Positions 9,515 through 18,542 are shown, counted from the stretch's first letter. The stretch: DNA of 37,980 nt from Myxococcales bacterium (GCA_020430585.1 JAGQJP010000468.1:1-37980), one strand, 5' to 3'. Notes: generated from the letters alone by a model not told the origin. Numbers and translations are program-made.

Positions 9515-9763
9515 TCAGAAGCGCGCCAGCTTCTTGATCAGTCGGCGGATCCACGACGGCTTTTGCGAGCCGATCGCGGAACGAGGCTTTTGCGCCCGAT
9601 TCCAGGCGCGCATCATTCGCACGCGCTCTCCCGTGGCCCAGATCAGGAACACTCCCGCTCCGCCGACCAGGTATCCGCTGATGCTGCCGAAGTTTTGAAT
9701 CGACATGAGAATCACGCCACCGATCAGGCAAAGCAATCCGAACCCATTGAGCAGCAGGAACAT
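9515..9763 (-). CDS. small two-TM membrane protein with a basic C-terminal tail
   Basis: An internal ATG at 9763 has AGGAGG 7 nt upstream. MFLLLNGFGLLCLIGGVILM and LVGGAGVFLIWA are hydrophobic helices. The upstream part of ORF 9515..9919 looks non-coding. Confidence 0.65.
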   Translation of the reverse strand: MFLLLNGFGLLCLIGGVILMSIQNFGSISGYLVGGAGVFLIWATGERVRMMRAWNRAQKPRSAIGSQKPSWIRRLIKKLARF

Positions 9764-9902
9764 CTGCGACCTCCTTTGTGTCGCCGGCGCCTGCTGTCGA
9801 ACGAAGCAACATCCAGGCCAACGCCCGAGACCACGCTCTAGGCCCGTTGTCTCGCTTCGATCGTCGGCCCCCTCGTGCACGTTGTGCGGGAATCGACGAA
9901 TG

Positions 9903-9918
9903 TGTCCGATTTCGGACA
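9903..9918. promoter_or_regulatory. perfect 7-2-7 inverted repeat TGTCCGA-TT-TCGGACA (TGT-N10-ACA form), candidate enhancer/UAS
   Basis: Read directly. It lies about 150 bp upstream of the sigma54 promoter at 10062, a typical EBP binding distance. Confidence 0.4.
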
Positions 9919-9932
9919 AAAAGGGTCAGGCG

Positions 9933-9946
9933 TCGATCGCGATCGA
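9933..9946. promoter_or_regulatory. 14-nt perfect palindrome TCGATCGCGATCGA
   Basis: Read directly, in the same intergenic region about 120 bp upstream of the sigma54 promoter. CG-rich palindromes are commoner in this composition, so the support is weaker. Confidence 0.25.
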
Positions 9947-10061
9947 ACGCGGGAGCCTGGGCCGCGAAGCGCCGGCCGTCTAGAGTGAAATACATTGCAA
10001 TCCCAGCGCTTGGACGACAACTCCGGATGGCCAACGGGGGTCTCTCCCCGCGCGGCGCCGT

Positions 10062-10076
10062 TGGCACAGCGATTGC
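10062..10076 (+). promoter_or_regulatory. sigma54 (RpoN) promoter TGGCAC-AGCGA-TTGC
   Basis: Exact match to the -24/-12 consensus TGGCAC-N5-TTGC with correct GG-N10-GC spacing. It is intergenic, about 50 nt upstream of the hydrolase start codon. Confidence 0.7.
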
Positions 10077-10129
10077 GAAGGTGCAGCGTGACGTGTGTTC
10101 GTGGACGAATTCGCAAACAGGAGATGGAA

Positions 10130-11218
10130 ATGGTTCGCATGATGTTGGTCCTCTCGCTGCTGGGCTTTCTCTCGGAAGCCACGGCCAAGGAGCTCGCTTT
10201 CCACTACAAGACGGCTGAGGGATTGACCCTGGCCGGGAAGCTGGCGACACCCGACGGCGCGTCCTACGACGCCGTACCCCGCGTCGTCATATTGATCCAC
10301 GGTTCTGGCCCGAACGACATGGACTCGTCGATGCGGGCGATGGACGGCAAGACCAGGCTGCGCTATTTCAAGACCCTCAGTGACGCCCTGGTCGAGAAGG
10401 GCTTTGCCGTCGTTCGCTACAACAAGCGAACCTACGAGCTCAAACAGCTCGGTCTCAAGGACCGTTCGGTGTTCAAGAGCCCGCTGATGCGGCGTCTGAC
10501 CAAGACCGGCTGGCTCAAGGGATTCGTCGACGACGTCGAGGGCGTCGCGCGCTGGGCGACGGGCAAGCTGCCCAAGGCCAAGCTCTATCTCTTGGGCGTC
10601 AGCCAAGGGACGCACATCGCGCTGATCGTCGCCCATCGGCTGAAACAGGTCGCCGGAGTGGCGTTGATCGGCTTCTACTCGACGTCGCTCCACGTTCAGA
10701 TGTTCGAACAGATCGTCTATCGACCGCAGTCCTGGTTCGTCCGCGCCGACACGAACGGTGACGGGAAGCTGAGCCGAGCGGAGCTTCTCCTCGCGGGAAA
10801 AGCGGGGATCGCCATCGCCCTCCATCTCTCGGTGTTCGACGTCGACGGCGACGGGATGGTCAGCTACCCCGAGATTCAGGCGGCCAACATCATCAACCTC
10901 TACCGTCTCGGCACCGACTTGCGATACCAGCGCCAGGAGCTGAGCTATCCGCCGATTCCGAGCCTCGTCAAGCACTCGCGAGCGCCCGTGCTCTTCTTCC
11001 AGGGGATGTGGGACAACCAGACACCAGCGTACCAGGCGATGTCGATGCGCTTCCTCGCCAAGAACGTCTGGAAGAAGGGCAACCTCCGCTTTCACTTCTT
11101 TCCGAAGCTCGGGCATCTCCTCGATCCGCGCGACCGCTACGACAGCGTCGAGTATCGCCCGATGGATCGCGCGGCGCAGACCAAATTGCTCGACGAGATA
11201 AACCGCACGTTCAAATAG
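10130..11218 (+). CDS. secreted alpha/beta-hydrolase with an inserted EF-hand pair
   Basis: Signal peptide MVRMMLVLSLLGFLSEATA, nucleophile elbow GVSQG, and a late His (KLGHLL). Two canonical Ca-binding loops are present: DTNGDGKLSRAE and DVDGDGMVSYPE. GGAG lies 6 nt before the ATG at 10130; an alternative ATG is at 10124. The upstream part of ORF 9995.. is non-coding. Confidence 0.85.
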   Translation: MVRMMLVLSLLGFLSEATAKELAFHYKTAEGLTLAGKLATPDGASYDAVPRVVILIHGSGPNDMDSSMRAMDGKTRLRYFKTLSDALVEKGFAVVRYNKRTYELKQLGLKDRSVFKSPLMRRLTKTGWLKGFVDDVEGVARWATGKLPKAKLYLLGVSQGTHIALIVAHRLKQVAGVALIGFYSTSLHVQMFEQIVYRPQSWFVRADTNGDGKLSRAELLLAGKAGIAIALHLSVFDVDGDGMVSYPEIQAANIINLYRLGTDLRYQRQELSYPPIPSLVKHSRAPVLFFQGMWDNQTPAYQAMSMRFLAKNVWKKGNLRFHFFPKLGHLLDPRDRYDSVEYRPMDRAAQTKLLDEINRTFK

Positions 11219-11277
11219 GCAGGTCGTCCAGACGTCGGTGTTGGTCGAGGCTGCGTCGAGCGTCGGGCCGAGCGTCG

Positions 11278-12474
11278 TCAGTCGAGGCTGTCGAAGGCTT
11301 GGCGAATGCGGGTCAGACCCTTCTCGATCTGGGCCATCGAGGTCGCGTAGCTCAGGCGCATCGAGCTCGGCGCGCCGAAGGCGACGCCCGGCACCACCGC
11401 GACATTGGCGTGCTCGAGCAGGTAGTCGGCGATCGCCAGGTCGCTGTCGAGCACGCGCCCTTGAAAACGCCGCCCAACCACGCCGGCGATATCGGGAAAG
11501 ACGTAGAACGCGCCATCTGGACGGTTGCAGCGCACGCCCTCGATCGCATTGAGGGCCTCGACGATGTAGGTCCGTCGACGGGAGAACTCGCGAAGCCAGC
11601 CGTCGAGGAAGTCGTCCCCGTGGGTCATCGCGACGACCGCCGCGCTCTGGGCGAAACTGGCGATGTTCGACGTCGATTGGCTCTGGAGTGCCGTCATCGC
11701 GCCGACGAAGGCCTTGTCCCCCGCCGTGAAGCCGATTCGCCACCCCGTCATCGAGTAGGTCTTGGAGAGCCCGTTGACGAGCAGCGTGCGCTGCTTCAAG
11801 TCCTCGCCGCAGGCTGCGATCGAGCGAAACTCGAAGCCGTCGTACGTCAGCTTGTGGTAGATGTCGTCCGAGATGATCACCACCTCGGGGTGGCGGCGCA
11901 GCACTGCGGCCAGAGAATCGATCTCGGCGGGAGAATAGCCCGCGCCCGTGGGATTGGAGGGGCTATTGAGCACGAACGCCCGCGTCTTCTCGTTGATCGC
12001 CGCTTCGAGCTGCTCGGGCGTAATCTTGAAACCCTGATCTGCGGTCGTCGAAATCACGTGGGTCGAACCACCCGCGAGCTGCACCATCACGGGGTATGAG
12101 ACCCAGTACGGCGCGGGGATAACCACCTCGTCGCCCGGCTCGAGCAGGCAGGCGAAAACGTTGTAGAGCGAGTGCTTCCCTCCGCAGGAGAAGATGATCT
12201 CGTCGGGGTGGTAGCGCAGCCCGAGATAGGTCTCGAGGTAGGCCGCCGCTGCCGCCCGCAGCTCTGGCGTTCCCTGAACGGGTGTGTAGCGCGTGACACC
12301 CTGGTCCAGCGCGTCTTTGGCCGCTTGTTTGATGAAATCGGGCGTATCGAAGTCGGGCTCGCCCGCACCGAAGCTGACCACGTCGACGCCAGCCTTCGCC
12401 AGCGCCTTGGCTTTGGCGGTGATCGCCAGAGTCGGTGACGGCGGGATCGCGGCCATTCGTCGTGCGATATGCAT
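11278..12474 (-). CDS. pyridoxal-phosphate aminotransferase, class I (aspartate aminotransferase-like)
   Basis: The internal ATG at 12474 gives MHIARRMAAIPPSPTLAITAKAKALAKAGVDVVSFGAGEPDFDTP. The PLP-Lys motif is LSKTYSMTGWRIGF. The longer ORF 11278..12963 runs through coaD in another frame. Confidence 0.92.
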   Translation of the reverse strand: MHIARRMAAIPPSPTLAITAKAKALAKAGVDVVSFGAGEPDFDTPDFIKQAAKDALDQGVTRYTPVQGTPELRAAAAAYLETYLGLRYHPDEIIFSCGGKHSLYNVFACLLEPGDEVVIPAPYWVSYPVMVQLAGGSTHVISTTADQGFKITPEQLEAAINEKTRAFVLNSPSNPTGAGYSPAEIDSLAAVLRRHPEVVIISDDIYHKLTYDGFEFRSIAACGEDLKQRTLLVNGLSKTYSMTGWRIGFTAGDKAFVGAMTALQSQSTSNIASFAQSAAVVAMTHGDDFLDGWLREFSRRRTYIVEALNAIEGVRCNRPDGAFYVFPDIAGVVGRRFQGRVLDSDLAIADYLLEHANVAVVPGVAFGAPSSMRLSYATSMAQIEKGLTRIRQAFDSLD

Positions 12475-12950
12475 CAGAACTTCTCCTTGACGGCTTTTTC
12501 CACAACCGTGGGGACGATCATGCTGATCTCCCCGCCGAAGCGTGCGATCTCTTTTACGGTATTCGAGCGCAGAAAGAAATAGCTCTCCGAGGTCATCATG
12601 AAGAAGGTTTCGATTTTCGGATAGAGTTTCTTGTTCATGTTCGCCATCAGCAGCTCGTACTCGAAATCGGAGACCGCTCGCAGCCCGCGGATCACGATAT
12701 TGGAGCCCTTCTTCTTCGCGTAGTCGACCAAGAGCCCTTCGAACGAGTCGATCGTCACGCGCGGATCGTTGATCGTCTTCTGCAGCAAGGCTTTGCGCTC
12801 TTCCAGGCTGAAGAGATACGTTTTCGAGACGTTGTGCGCCACGGCGACGATCAATCGGTCGAAGACTTCGAGCCCGCGCCAGATCAGATCGAGGTGGCCA
12901 TTGTGGACGGGATCGAAGGATCCGGGAAAGATCGCGACACTTTGCTTCAT
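12474..12950 (-). CDS. coaD: phosphopantetheine adenylyltransferase
   Basis: AIFPGSFDPVHNGHLD (nucleotidyltransferase H.GH motif), 158 aa. A TGATG junction links it to the downstream aminotransferase. Confidence 0.95.
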   Translation of the reverse strand: MKQSVAIFPGSFDPVHNGHLDLIWRGLEVFDRLIVAVAHNVSKTYLFSLEERKALLQKTINDPRVTIDSFEGLLVDYAKKKGSNIVIRGLRAVSDFEYELLMANMNKKLYPKIETFFMMTSESYFFLRSNTVKEIARFGGEISMIVPTVVEKAVKEKF

Positions 12951-13507
12951 GCGGGTACCTCACGGCGGTAGAAGGTGTAGCTCGAGTTTCCGTAGCGCCG
13001 CACCTCGAAGCGCCGCAAGGAGCCCACCGTCTCGGCGAGATGAACGCGCGAGGCGTGCTGCACGACGATCAGCCCCTCGTCGTCATCGAGGCGCAGCTCC
13101 GAGAGCGAGGCGAGAGTCGTCTCGACGGCGTCGGCACCATATGGCGGGTCCAGAAACACGAGCGTATAGCGCTCTCTCTTGTTCGCGAGTCGCCCGAGGG
13201 CGCGCTCGACTGGGAGGGCGACGACCTCGACGGCCTCGCCAGCCCCCAGATGAAGAATATTCGCACGTATCACGTCTAGAGCGGCGCGATCCGACTCGAC
13301 CAGCGTCACGCTCTCACTGCCGCGGCTCCAGGCATCGAGCCCGACGGCACCGCTGCCAGCGTAGAGGTCCAAGAATCGAGCGATCGGGGCCCTCGTCTCC
13401 AGCAGATTGAAGAGGGTCTCGCGCATGAAATCGGTGGTCGGCCGGGTCGTGTCGCCTTTCGGGGTCGCGATGCGGCGACGCACCGCTCGTCCGCCCGTAA
13501 TCCGCAT
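12947..13507 (-). CDS. rsmD: 16S rRNA (guanine966-N2)-methyltransferase
   Basis: MRITGGRAVRRRIATPKGDTTRPTTD..., SAM motif LDLYAGSGAVG, and catalytic DPPY. It overlaps coaD by ATGA, the conserved rsmD-coaD order. Confidence 0.9.
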   Translation of the reverse strand: MRITGGRAVRRRIATPKGDTTRPTTDFMRETLFNLLETRAPIARFLDLYAGSGAVGLDAWSRGSESVTLVESDRAALDVIRANILHLGAGEAVEVVALPVERALGRLANKRERYTLVFLDPPYGADAVETTLASLSELRLDDDEGLIVVQHASRVHLAETVGSLRRFEVRRYGNSSYTFYRREVPA

Positions 13508-13557
13508 CTCGCTCCTTCGGTCTGGCAGCCGCGCGATTTCTCGCTGTTCCCCGTTAG

Positions 13558-13585
13558 TTACTACGATCCGATAGGGCTTTGTCAA
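13558..13585 (-). promoter_or_regulatory. candidate sigma70 promoter for rsmD-coaD (TTGACA-16-TAGTAA on the minus strand)
   Basis: By eye in the divergent region: perfect -35, weak -10. Confidence 0.3.
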
Positions 13586-13619
13586 GGAGAAGCCTCCGGC
13601 GCTCCCGGGCGAATGGGGG

Positions 13620-13648
13620 TTGCTGTCACGCCGCGCGGGACGTAGAAT
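13620..13648 (+). promoter_or_regulatory. candidate sigma70 promoter for ribF-aroE (TTGCTG-17-TAGAAT)
   Basis: By eye. The -10 lies 30 nt upstream of the ATG at 13678. Confidence 0.35.
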
Positions 13649-13677
13649 CGAGGCTCGGCTGGGAGAGCGAAGACGCG

Positions 13678-14601
13678 ATGCAGATTCTGCGCAACTTGAC
13701 CACGACGCCGCCCGATGCTCGCTCATCGGTCGTGGCGATCGGAAATTTCGACGGGGTTCATCTCGGGCACCATCAGATCTTCGAGACCGTCCGTTCGCTG
13801 GCGCAGACCTTCCGCACCCGAAGCGTCGTGGTCACCTTCGAACCGCATCCGCTCAAGGTGCTGCGCCCCGACAAGGCTCCGCCGCTGATCTGCACCTACG
13901 AGCAGAAGCTCGAGCTGATCGCCGCCTGCGGCATCGATTTCGCGGTAATTCTGCATTTCGATCTCGCCTTCAGCCAGACGCCGTACCGAGAATTCGTCGA
14001 GCACTACCTTGTCGACGCGCTCGCCGTCAAACACGTGGTGATGGGGTACCTCGCTCGCTTCGGGAAGGATCGCCAAGGCGACGCTCGAGCGCTGGCGACC
14101 ATCGCGCCGCGCTATGGGTTCGGCGTCACCGAGGTCGGGCTGTTCGAGGCCGACGGGCGCAACGTCTCGAGCTCGGCGATCCGTCGCGCGCTGCAAGATG
14201 GCGACGTGCGCGCCGCTCGCGTGATGCTCGGGCGCTGCTACTCGCTGGGCGGAACCGTGGTGACCGGGGATGGGCGGGGGCGGCAGATCGGCATACCGAC
14301 GGCCAACCTGCGTTGCGACAACGAGCTGATCCCGCGGCTCGGTGTCTATGCGGCGTGGACAACCGTCGGTGAGATTCGGACGCGAGCGGTGATCAACGTC
14401 GGACGCCGACCGACCTTCGATGGTCTGACGATCACCGTCGAGGCGCACCTCCTCGATTTCCACGGCGACCTCTATGGGCAACGGCTCGAGATCGCATTCG
14501 TCGACCGTTTGCGCGACGAAGAGAAGTTCGACTCCGTCGAGAGCCTCGTCTCGCAGATTCGTCGCGACATCCAACGGGCGCAAATGGTGGACTGGTCATG
14601 A
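13678..14601 (+). CDS. ribF: bifunctional riboflavin kinase / FMN adenylyltransferase
   Basis: The internal ATG gives MQILRN...VVAIGNFDGVHLGHHQI, and the C-terminal kinase domain contains GRQIGIPTANL. The upstream part of ORF 13579.. is Arg-rich noise. Confidence 0.9.
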   Translation: MQILRNLTTTPPDARSSVVAIGNFDGVHLGHHQIFETVRSLAQTFRTRSVVVTFEPHPLKVLRPDKAPPLICTYEQKLELIAACGIDFAVILHFDLAFSQTPYREFVEHYLVDALAVKHVVMGYLARFGKDRQGDARALATIAPRYGFGVTEVGLFEADGRNVSSSAIRRALQDGDVRAARVMLGRCYSLGGTVVTGDGRGRQIGIPTANLRCDNELIPRLGVYAAWTTVGEIRTRAVINVGRRPTFDGLTITVEAHLLDFHGDLYGQRLEIAFVDRLRDEEKFDSVESLVSQIRRDIQRAQMVDWS

Positions 14602-15491
14602 AATTAAGCGCGAAGACTCAACTCTGCTGCCTGATCGGGCATCCCGTATCGCACAGCCTCTCGCCGACGATGCACAACGCGGCGTTCGAAGCCCTCGGCC
14701 TCGATATTTGCTATCTCGCCTTCGACGTGCCGCCAGCGAGCCTCTCTCTCGCAATGGAAGGATTGCGGGCCCTGGGCGCGATCGGGATGAGCGTAACGAT
14801 TCCCCACAAGCAGTCGGTGCGCAACTTCATCGACGAGCTCGACGGCGACGCGCTCCTCGTCGGCGCAGTGAACTGCCTGGCGAAGCGGGGGCCCGGATGG
14901 GTCGGCTACAACACGGATGTGCGCGGCTTCCTCGTCGCGCTCGAAGAGGTGCTCGAGACGTCGATCAGCGGAATGTCGGCGGTCGTCCTCGGTGCGGGCG
15001 GCGCGGCGCGCGCCGTCGCCGTCTCCCTCGGCCGCGCTGGGGCGAGCCGCGTTTCGGTGATCAATCGCGCAGGAGAGCGCGCCAAGCTACTCGTCGATGG
15101 GCTGCAGCCGCACCTCGAGGGCACGACGTTTCAAGCCTTCGCCTGGGATCAAGCCGAGTGCGGCGACGCGCTGGCGACGGCGGATCTCTTGATCAACGCG
15201 ACGCCGCTCGGGATGTCGGCGGTCGCGGGCAGCGAAGCTTGGACCGAGTCGCTCTTGACCTTCCAGAAGCTGGCGTTGACACGCCTTCCCGCGCACACGG
15301 TGTTCTACGATCTGATCTACGCGCCCGAGCGCACGCCGTTCATGGAGCTCGCCCTCGCCTCGGGCCACTCGGCGCACAACGGGCTCGGCATGTTGCTCCA
15401 TCAGGGAGCTGAATCGTTTCGCCTCTGGACGAGACGTGACGCGCCGATCTCGATCATGCGAGCGGCGATGGCCTCGGACGGAACCAGCTGA
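14598..15491 (+). CDS. aroE: shikimate dehydrogenase
   Basis: LIGHPVSHSLSPTMHNAAF and VTIPHK, plus the GAGGAARA Rossmann motif. It overlaps ribF by ATGA. Confidence 0.92.
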   Translation: MKLSAKTQLCCLIGHPVSHSLSPTMHNAAFEALGLDICYLAFDVPPASLSLAMEGLRALGAIGMSVTIPHKQSVRNFIDELDGDALLVGAVNCLAKRGPGWVGYNTDVRGFLVALEEVLETSISGMSAVVLGAGGAARAVAVSLGRAGASRVSVINRAGERAKLLVDGLQPHLEGTTFQAFAWDQAECGDALATADLLINATPLGMSAVAGSEAWTESLLTFQKLALTRLPAHTVFYDLIYAPERTPFMELALASGHSAHNGLGMLLHQGAESFRLWTRRDAPISIMRAAMASDGTS

Positions 15492-15505
15492 TCGAAGGGG
15501 TTCGC

Positions 15506-15525
15506 AGGGCGAAGGCTTCCGCCCT
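15506..15525. terminator. weak hairpin between convergent aroE and the pabB-like gene (AGGGCG-8nt-CGCCCT)
   Basis: 6-bp GC stem with no U-tract. Confidence 0.2.
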
Positions 15526-16898
15526 CAGTCACAACCGGGTAGACAGCGCCACGACTCGGCCTTGGTCAACGTCTCGGCGAGCTCGCGTTCGGGGAGCGAG
15601 TCGGCGACGATGCCACCGCCGACCTGCAGATAGAGCGCGCCGCGATGGATGATCGCCGTGCGGATCGCGATGTTGAAGTCGAACCCCAGATCCCAGTCGA
15701 AGTAGCCGATCGATCCCGTGTAGAGCCCGCGCCGTATGGGCTCCAGCGCTTCGATGATCTGCATCGCTCGAATCTTCGGGGCGCCCGTGATCGAGCCGCC
15801 GGGAAAGGTGGCGCGTAGAATCGCCCCGACGCCGACCGATGGGCGCACGGTCCCCTCCACGGTGGAGACCAGGTGGTAGAGCGTCGAGTAGCGCTCGAGG
15901 CGGCAGAAATCGCTGACCCGCACGCTGCCATAGCGGCAGACGCGGCCGAGATCGTTGCGTTCGAGATCGACGATCATCACGTGCTCGGCTCGCTCCTTGG
16001 CGTCCCGCAGGAACGTGTCGATCCGCTGGGCCTCGTCCGCCGAGGGCTCCTGGTCTCGGCCGCGGGGATCGTCCTCGCGGTCTCGGCGCCGCAGAGTGCC
16101 TTTGATCGGCATCGTCTCGATCCGCCGTGACAGGGCGTCGAAACGCGCGAAGCGCTCGGGGGATCCAGAGAGGATCGTGTGCCCGCCCCAGGGCAGATAG
16201 GCGCCGAATGCCGTCGGGTGAGCCCGCCGCCCAATGACGTAGCGGTGGTACGGATCGAACTGCGCGCCGAGGGGAGCCGAGAACCGCTGCGAGAGGTTGA
16301 CCTGATAGATGTCGCCGTCGCGGATCCATTCCAGGGCGCGACAGACCGAGTCGAGATAGCGCTCTCGAGAGATCGCAGGGACGAGGGCCCCGATCCGTGC
16401 CCGCTCCCGGTCGGGCTGGAACGGTCGTTGGGTTGCGCCCGCGATCAATCGGTGGGCGAGCGTTCGTGCCTCGACCTCTCGTTCGGCGAAGCAAGTCAAC
16501 GTTCCGCGCTCGAGGTCGATCGTGGCGCTCGCGCTATAGGCGGCAAATGCCAGAAGCGGCATGCCCAGGTCGTCGGCGGCGTGGCGGGGAATCCTCTCGA
16601 GGGTGGCGCCGACGTCGTAGCTCAGGTATCCGACGATCCGCGCTGCCGGGATGCCGGCCTCGCTACGGCCCGTCGAACCCGCGGGGCGATGCGCGGTGAC
16701 GAACCGCTCGAGCTCAGCGATCGGATCGGCACAATCGTCGAGCACCAACTCGGCGATCGGCCGAGAGCCGCAGAGGGCGAAGCGCTCCCCGTCGAGGAGA
16801 AAGGGCTGTCGGTCGTCGAGAAGGGGCGCGAAGAGCGAATAGGGATCGAGACAGTCGCGAGGCAGCGGGATACAGACCGAGCGCAGCGAGGGGGTCAC
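15525..16898 (-). CDS. pabB: chorismate-utilising enzyme, aminodeoxychorismate synthase component I-like
   Basis: C-terminal chorismate-binding signature (FPGGSITGAPKIRAMQIIEALE..RGLYTGSIGY, GGGIVADS). The 457-aa size fits PabB better than TrpE. The GTG start overlaps the upstream stop (GTGA). Confidence 0.8.
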   Translation of the reverse strand: MTPSLRSVCIPLPRDCLDPYSLFAPLLDDRQPFLLDGERFALCGSRPIAELVLDDCADPIAELERFVTAHRPAGSTGRSEAGIPAARIVGYLSYDVGATLERIPRHAADDLGMPLLAFAAYSASATIDLERGTLTCFAEREVEARTLAHRLIAGATQRPFQPDRERARIGALVPAISRERYLDSVCRALEWIRDGDIYQVNLSQRFSAPLGAQFDPYHRYVIGRRAHPTAFGAYLPWGGHTILSGSPERFARFDALSRRIETMPIKGTLRRRDREDDPRGRDQEPSADEAQRIDTFLRDAKERAEHVMIVDLERNDLGRVCRYGSVRVSDFCRLERYSTLYHLVSTVEGTVRPSVGVGAILRATFPGGSITGAPKIRAMQIIEALEPIRRGLYTGSIGYFDWDLGFDFNIAIRTAIIHRGALYLQVGGGIVADSLPERELAETLTKAESWRCLPGCD

Positions 16899-17329
16899 GT
16901 CGGATGGCTCATGTCGATCAGCTCGATCTCGAGCCGTTGGGCGAACTCGAAGATCCGCTCGTCGCGGTAGAACTCACCGAAGTAGATGCGGTGAATCCCG
17001 CTGTTGGCGATCAGCTTGAAGCAAGGCCAGCATGGGCTCGCGGTGGTGTAGATGTCGGCGCCGTCGATACAGACGCCGTTCTTCGCCGCCTGGATGATCG
17101 CGTTGGCCTCAGCATGAACCGTGGCGACGCAGTGGCCGTTCTCCATCATGTGCCCGACTTCGTCGCAGTGCGGTAGATTGCGGATGCTGCCGTTGTACCC
17201 CGTCGAGAGGATCGTCTTGTCGCGCACGATCACGGCGCCGACGTTCTTGCGGTCACACGTCGAGCGGGTCGCCACCTCGACCGCGATGTTCATGAAGTAG
17301 CGGTCCCAACTGACTCGATCTCGCCCCAT
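16895..17329 (-). CDS. dCMP deaminase (ComEB/deoxycytidylate deaminase family)
   Basis: Zinc motifs HAEANAI and PCWPC; 144 aa. Confidence 0.9.
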   Translation of the reverse strand: MGRDRVSWDRYFMNIAVEVATRSTCDRKNVGAVIVRDKTILSTGYNGSIRNLPHCDEVGHMMENGHCVATVHAEANAIIQAAKNGVCIDGADIYTTASPCWPCFKLIANSGIHRIYFGEFYRDERIFEFAQRLEIELIDMSHPT

Positions 17330-17363
17330 CAGGCACTCCTGGCGCTTCGGCTCCGCCTCGCCC

Positions 17364-18137
17364 TCAGCTGTCGACGGTCACTTTCGCCGGATCGCTGACG
17401 TGGATGTTGACGTTGACCGTCGAATCGCCTTCGAGCAGCAGGTCTTTCTTCGACGGCGCGGGCAACATTCCCATCTTGCGCTTGAGGTCGGCCAGCGCGT
17501 CGTCTTGGTCGGCGCCTTGTTGCTCGAGCTGCTTGAACTGTTGATCGAGCGTATCGCCAGAGAGCTCGCCCGCGAGCTCGGCAGAGGCCTCCGCTTCGGC
17601 TTCCATCTGTTGAACCTTGTCGGACATCCGGTCGAAGGCGTCGAAGGCCGAGGAGTCGGAGAGCCCGCTCATCGTATTCTGAATCGTCTTCTGCGCTTCG
17701 GCGCGCTTTTGACGGGCGATCAGAATGTTCTTCTTGCGCGAGGCCTCTTCGATCTTCGCCGCGAGTTGCTGCAGCGCCATCCGCAAGCTATCGGTCGCCT
17801 GCTTCTGCGCCATCCACTGCTCTTGGAACTGGTTGGCGATATTCTCGTGCTCGCCCTTGCGGCTGAGCGCCTGCTTGGCCAGGCTGTCATTCCCGGCGCG
17901 CACGGCGAGCATCGCTTTGCGCTCCCACTCTTGCGACTTGTTGAACTCTTCTTCCATCTGCTTGTGCAGACGCTTCTCGTCGGCGATCGCGACGGCGACC
18001 TGCTTCTTGGCCTCGATCAGCTGCTCTTTCATGTCGACGATCAGCTGATTGAGGATCTTCTCGGGATCCTCGGCCTTGGAGATCATATCGTTGATGTTCG
18101 CTTTGATCAGCGTGGATAAACGTGCCCAAATGCCCAT
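17364..18137 (-). CDS. pspA: PspA/IM30 (Vipp1) family membrane-stress protein
   Basis: MGIWARLSTLIKANINDMISKAEDPEKILNQLIVDM, a hallmark N-terminus, followed by long coiled-coil heptads. Confidence 0.92.
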   Translation of the reverse strand: MGIWARLSTLIKANINDMISKAEDPEKILNQLIVDMKEQLIEAKKQVAVAIADEKRLHKQMEEEFNKSQEWERKAMLAVRAGNDSLAKQALSRKGEHENIANQFQEQWMAQKQATDSLRMALQQLAAKIEEASRKKNILIARQKRAEAQKTIQNTMSGLSDSSAFDAFDRMSDKVQQMEAEAEASAELAGELSGDTLDQQFKQLEQQGADQDDALADLKRKMGMLPAPSKKDLLLEGDSTVNVNIHVSDPAKVTVDS

Positions 18138-18164
18138 GGGTCTTCCTCCCTCGTTCGCTCGTGT

Positions 18165-18542
18165 TCAGTTGCGAAAATCTTTCAGGACCGGATAGTGCGT
18201 GCTCAGAGCCATCGTGATCGAGTCGATCGCCGCCTGGAACTCGTTGTAGTCCAGGTTCTCGACCTCGAGCGCGGCAGTGATCACCACCGAGCCGTCCTCC
18301 ACGCCGTACGAGCCGTGGATCATCTCGGTCGCGTTGAGTCGTAAGAGCTTCTCGAACAGAGCGGGGCTCGACACGTCGGGCAGCTCCATCATCTTCACCC
18401 GGAAGAGCAACACGGAATCCGCCCGCTTGACCACGATGTTCGACACCGTGTCGTCATGGATCACCCACATCCCGTCGCTGACGGTGTCGTACACGAGACC
18501 CATATTCAGCATGTAGCTCTCGATGTTGTCGTTCGTAACCAT
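18165..18542 (-). CDS. YbjN-like / type III secretion chaperone-like small protein
   Basis: 125 aa. The pattern of an N-terminal helix, a beta-meander (WVIHDD..IVVKRADSVLLFRV) and a C-terminal helix resembles the YbjN domain. The call is from memory. Confidence 0.65.
   Translation of the reverse strand: MVTNDNIESYMLNMGLVYDTVSDGMWVIHDDTVSNIVVKRADSVLLFRVKMMELPDVSSPALFEKLLRLNATEMIHGSYGVEDGSVVITAALEVENLDYNEFQAAIDSITMALSTHYPVLKDFRN

Noticed and set aside
9980-11743. 587-aa minus-strand ORF spanning the hydrolase gene and part of the aminotransferase gene
   Set aside because: The composition is Arg/Gly/Asp/Pro-rich and low in complexity, typical of antisense shadow ORFs in high-GC DNA. Recognisable families occupy the same DNA: the hydrolase on the plus strand, and the aminotransferase in another frame on the minus strand.
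11278-12963. Long N-terminal extensions in the ORF track (also 42..1109, 32829..33869, 33599..35212, 12947..13726, 13579..14601, 24796..27000, 2252..3493)
   Set aside because: The extensions run through neighbouring genes or intergenic DNA. They are Arg/Ser/Pro-rich and precede internal starts that have an SD and family-typical N-termini, so the starts were moved inward.
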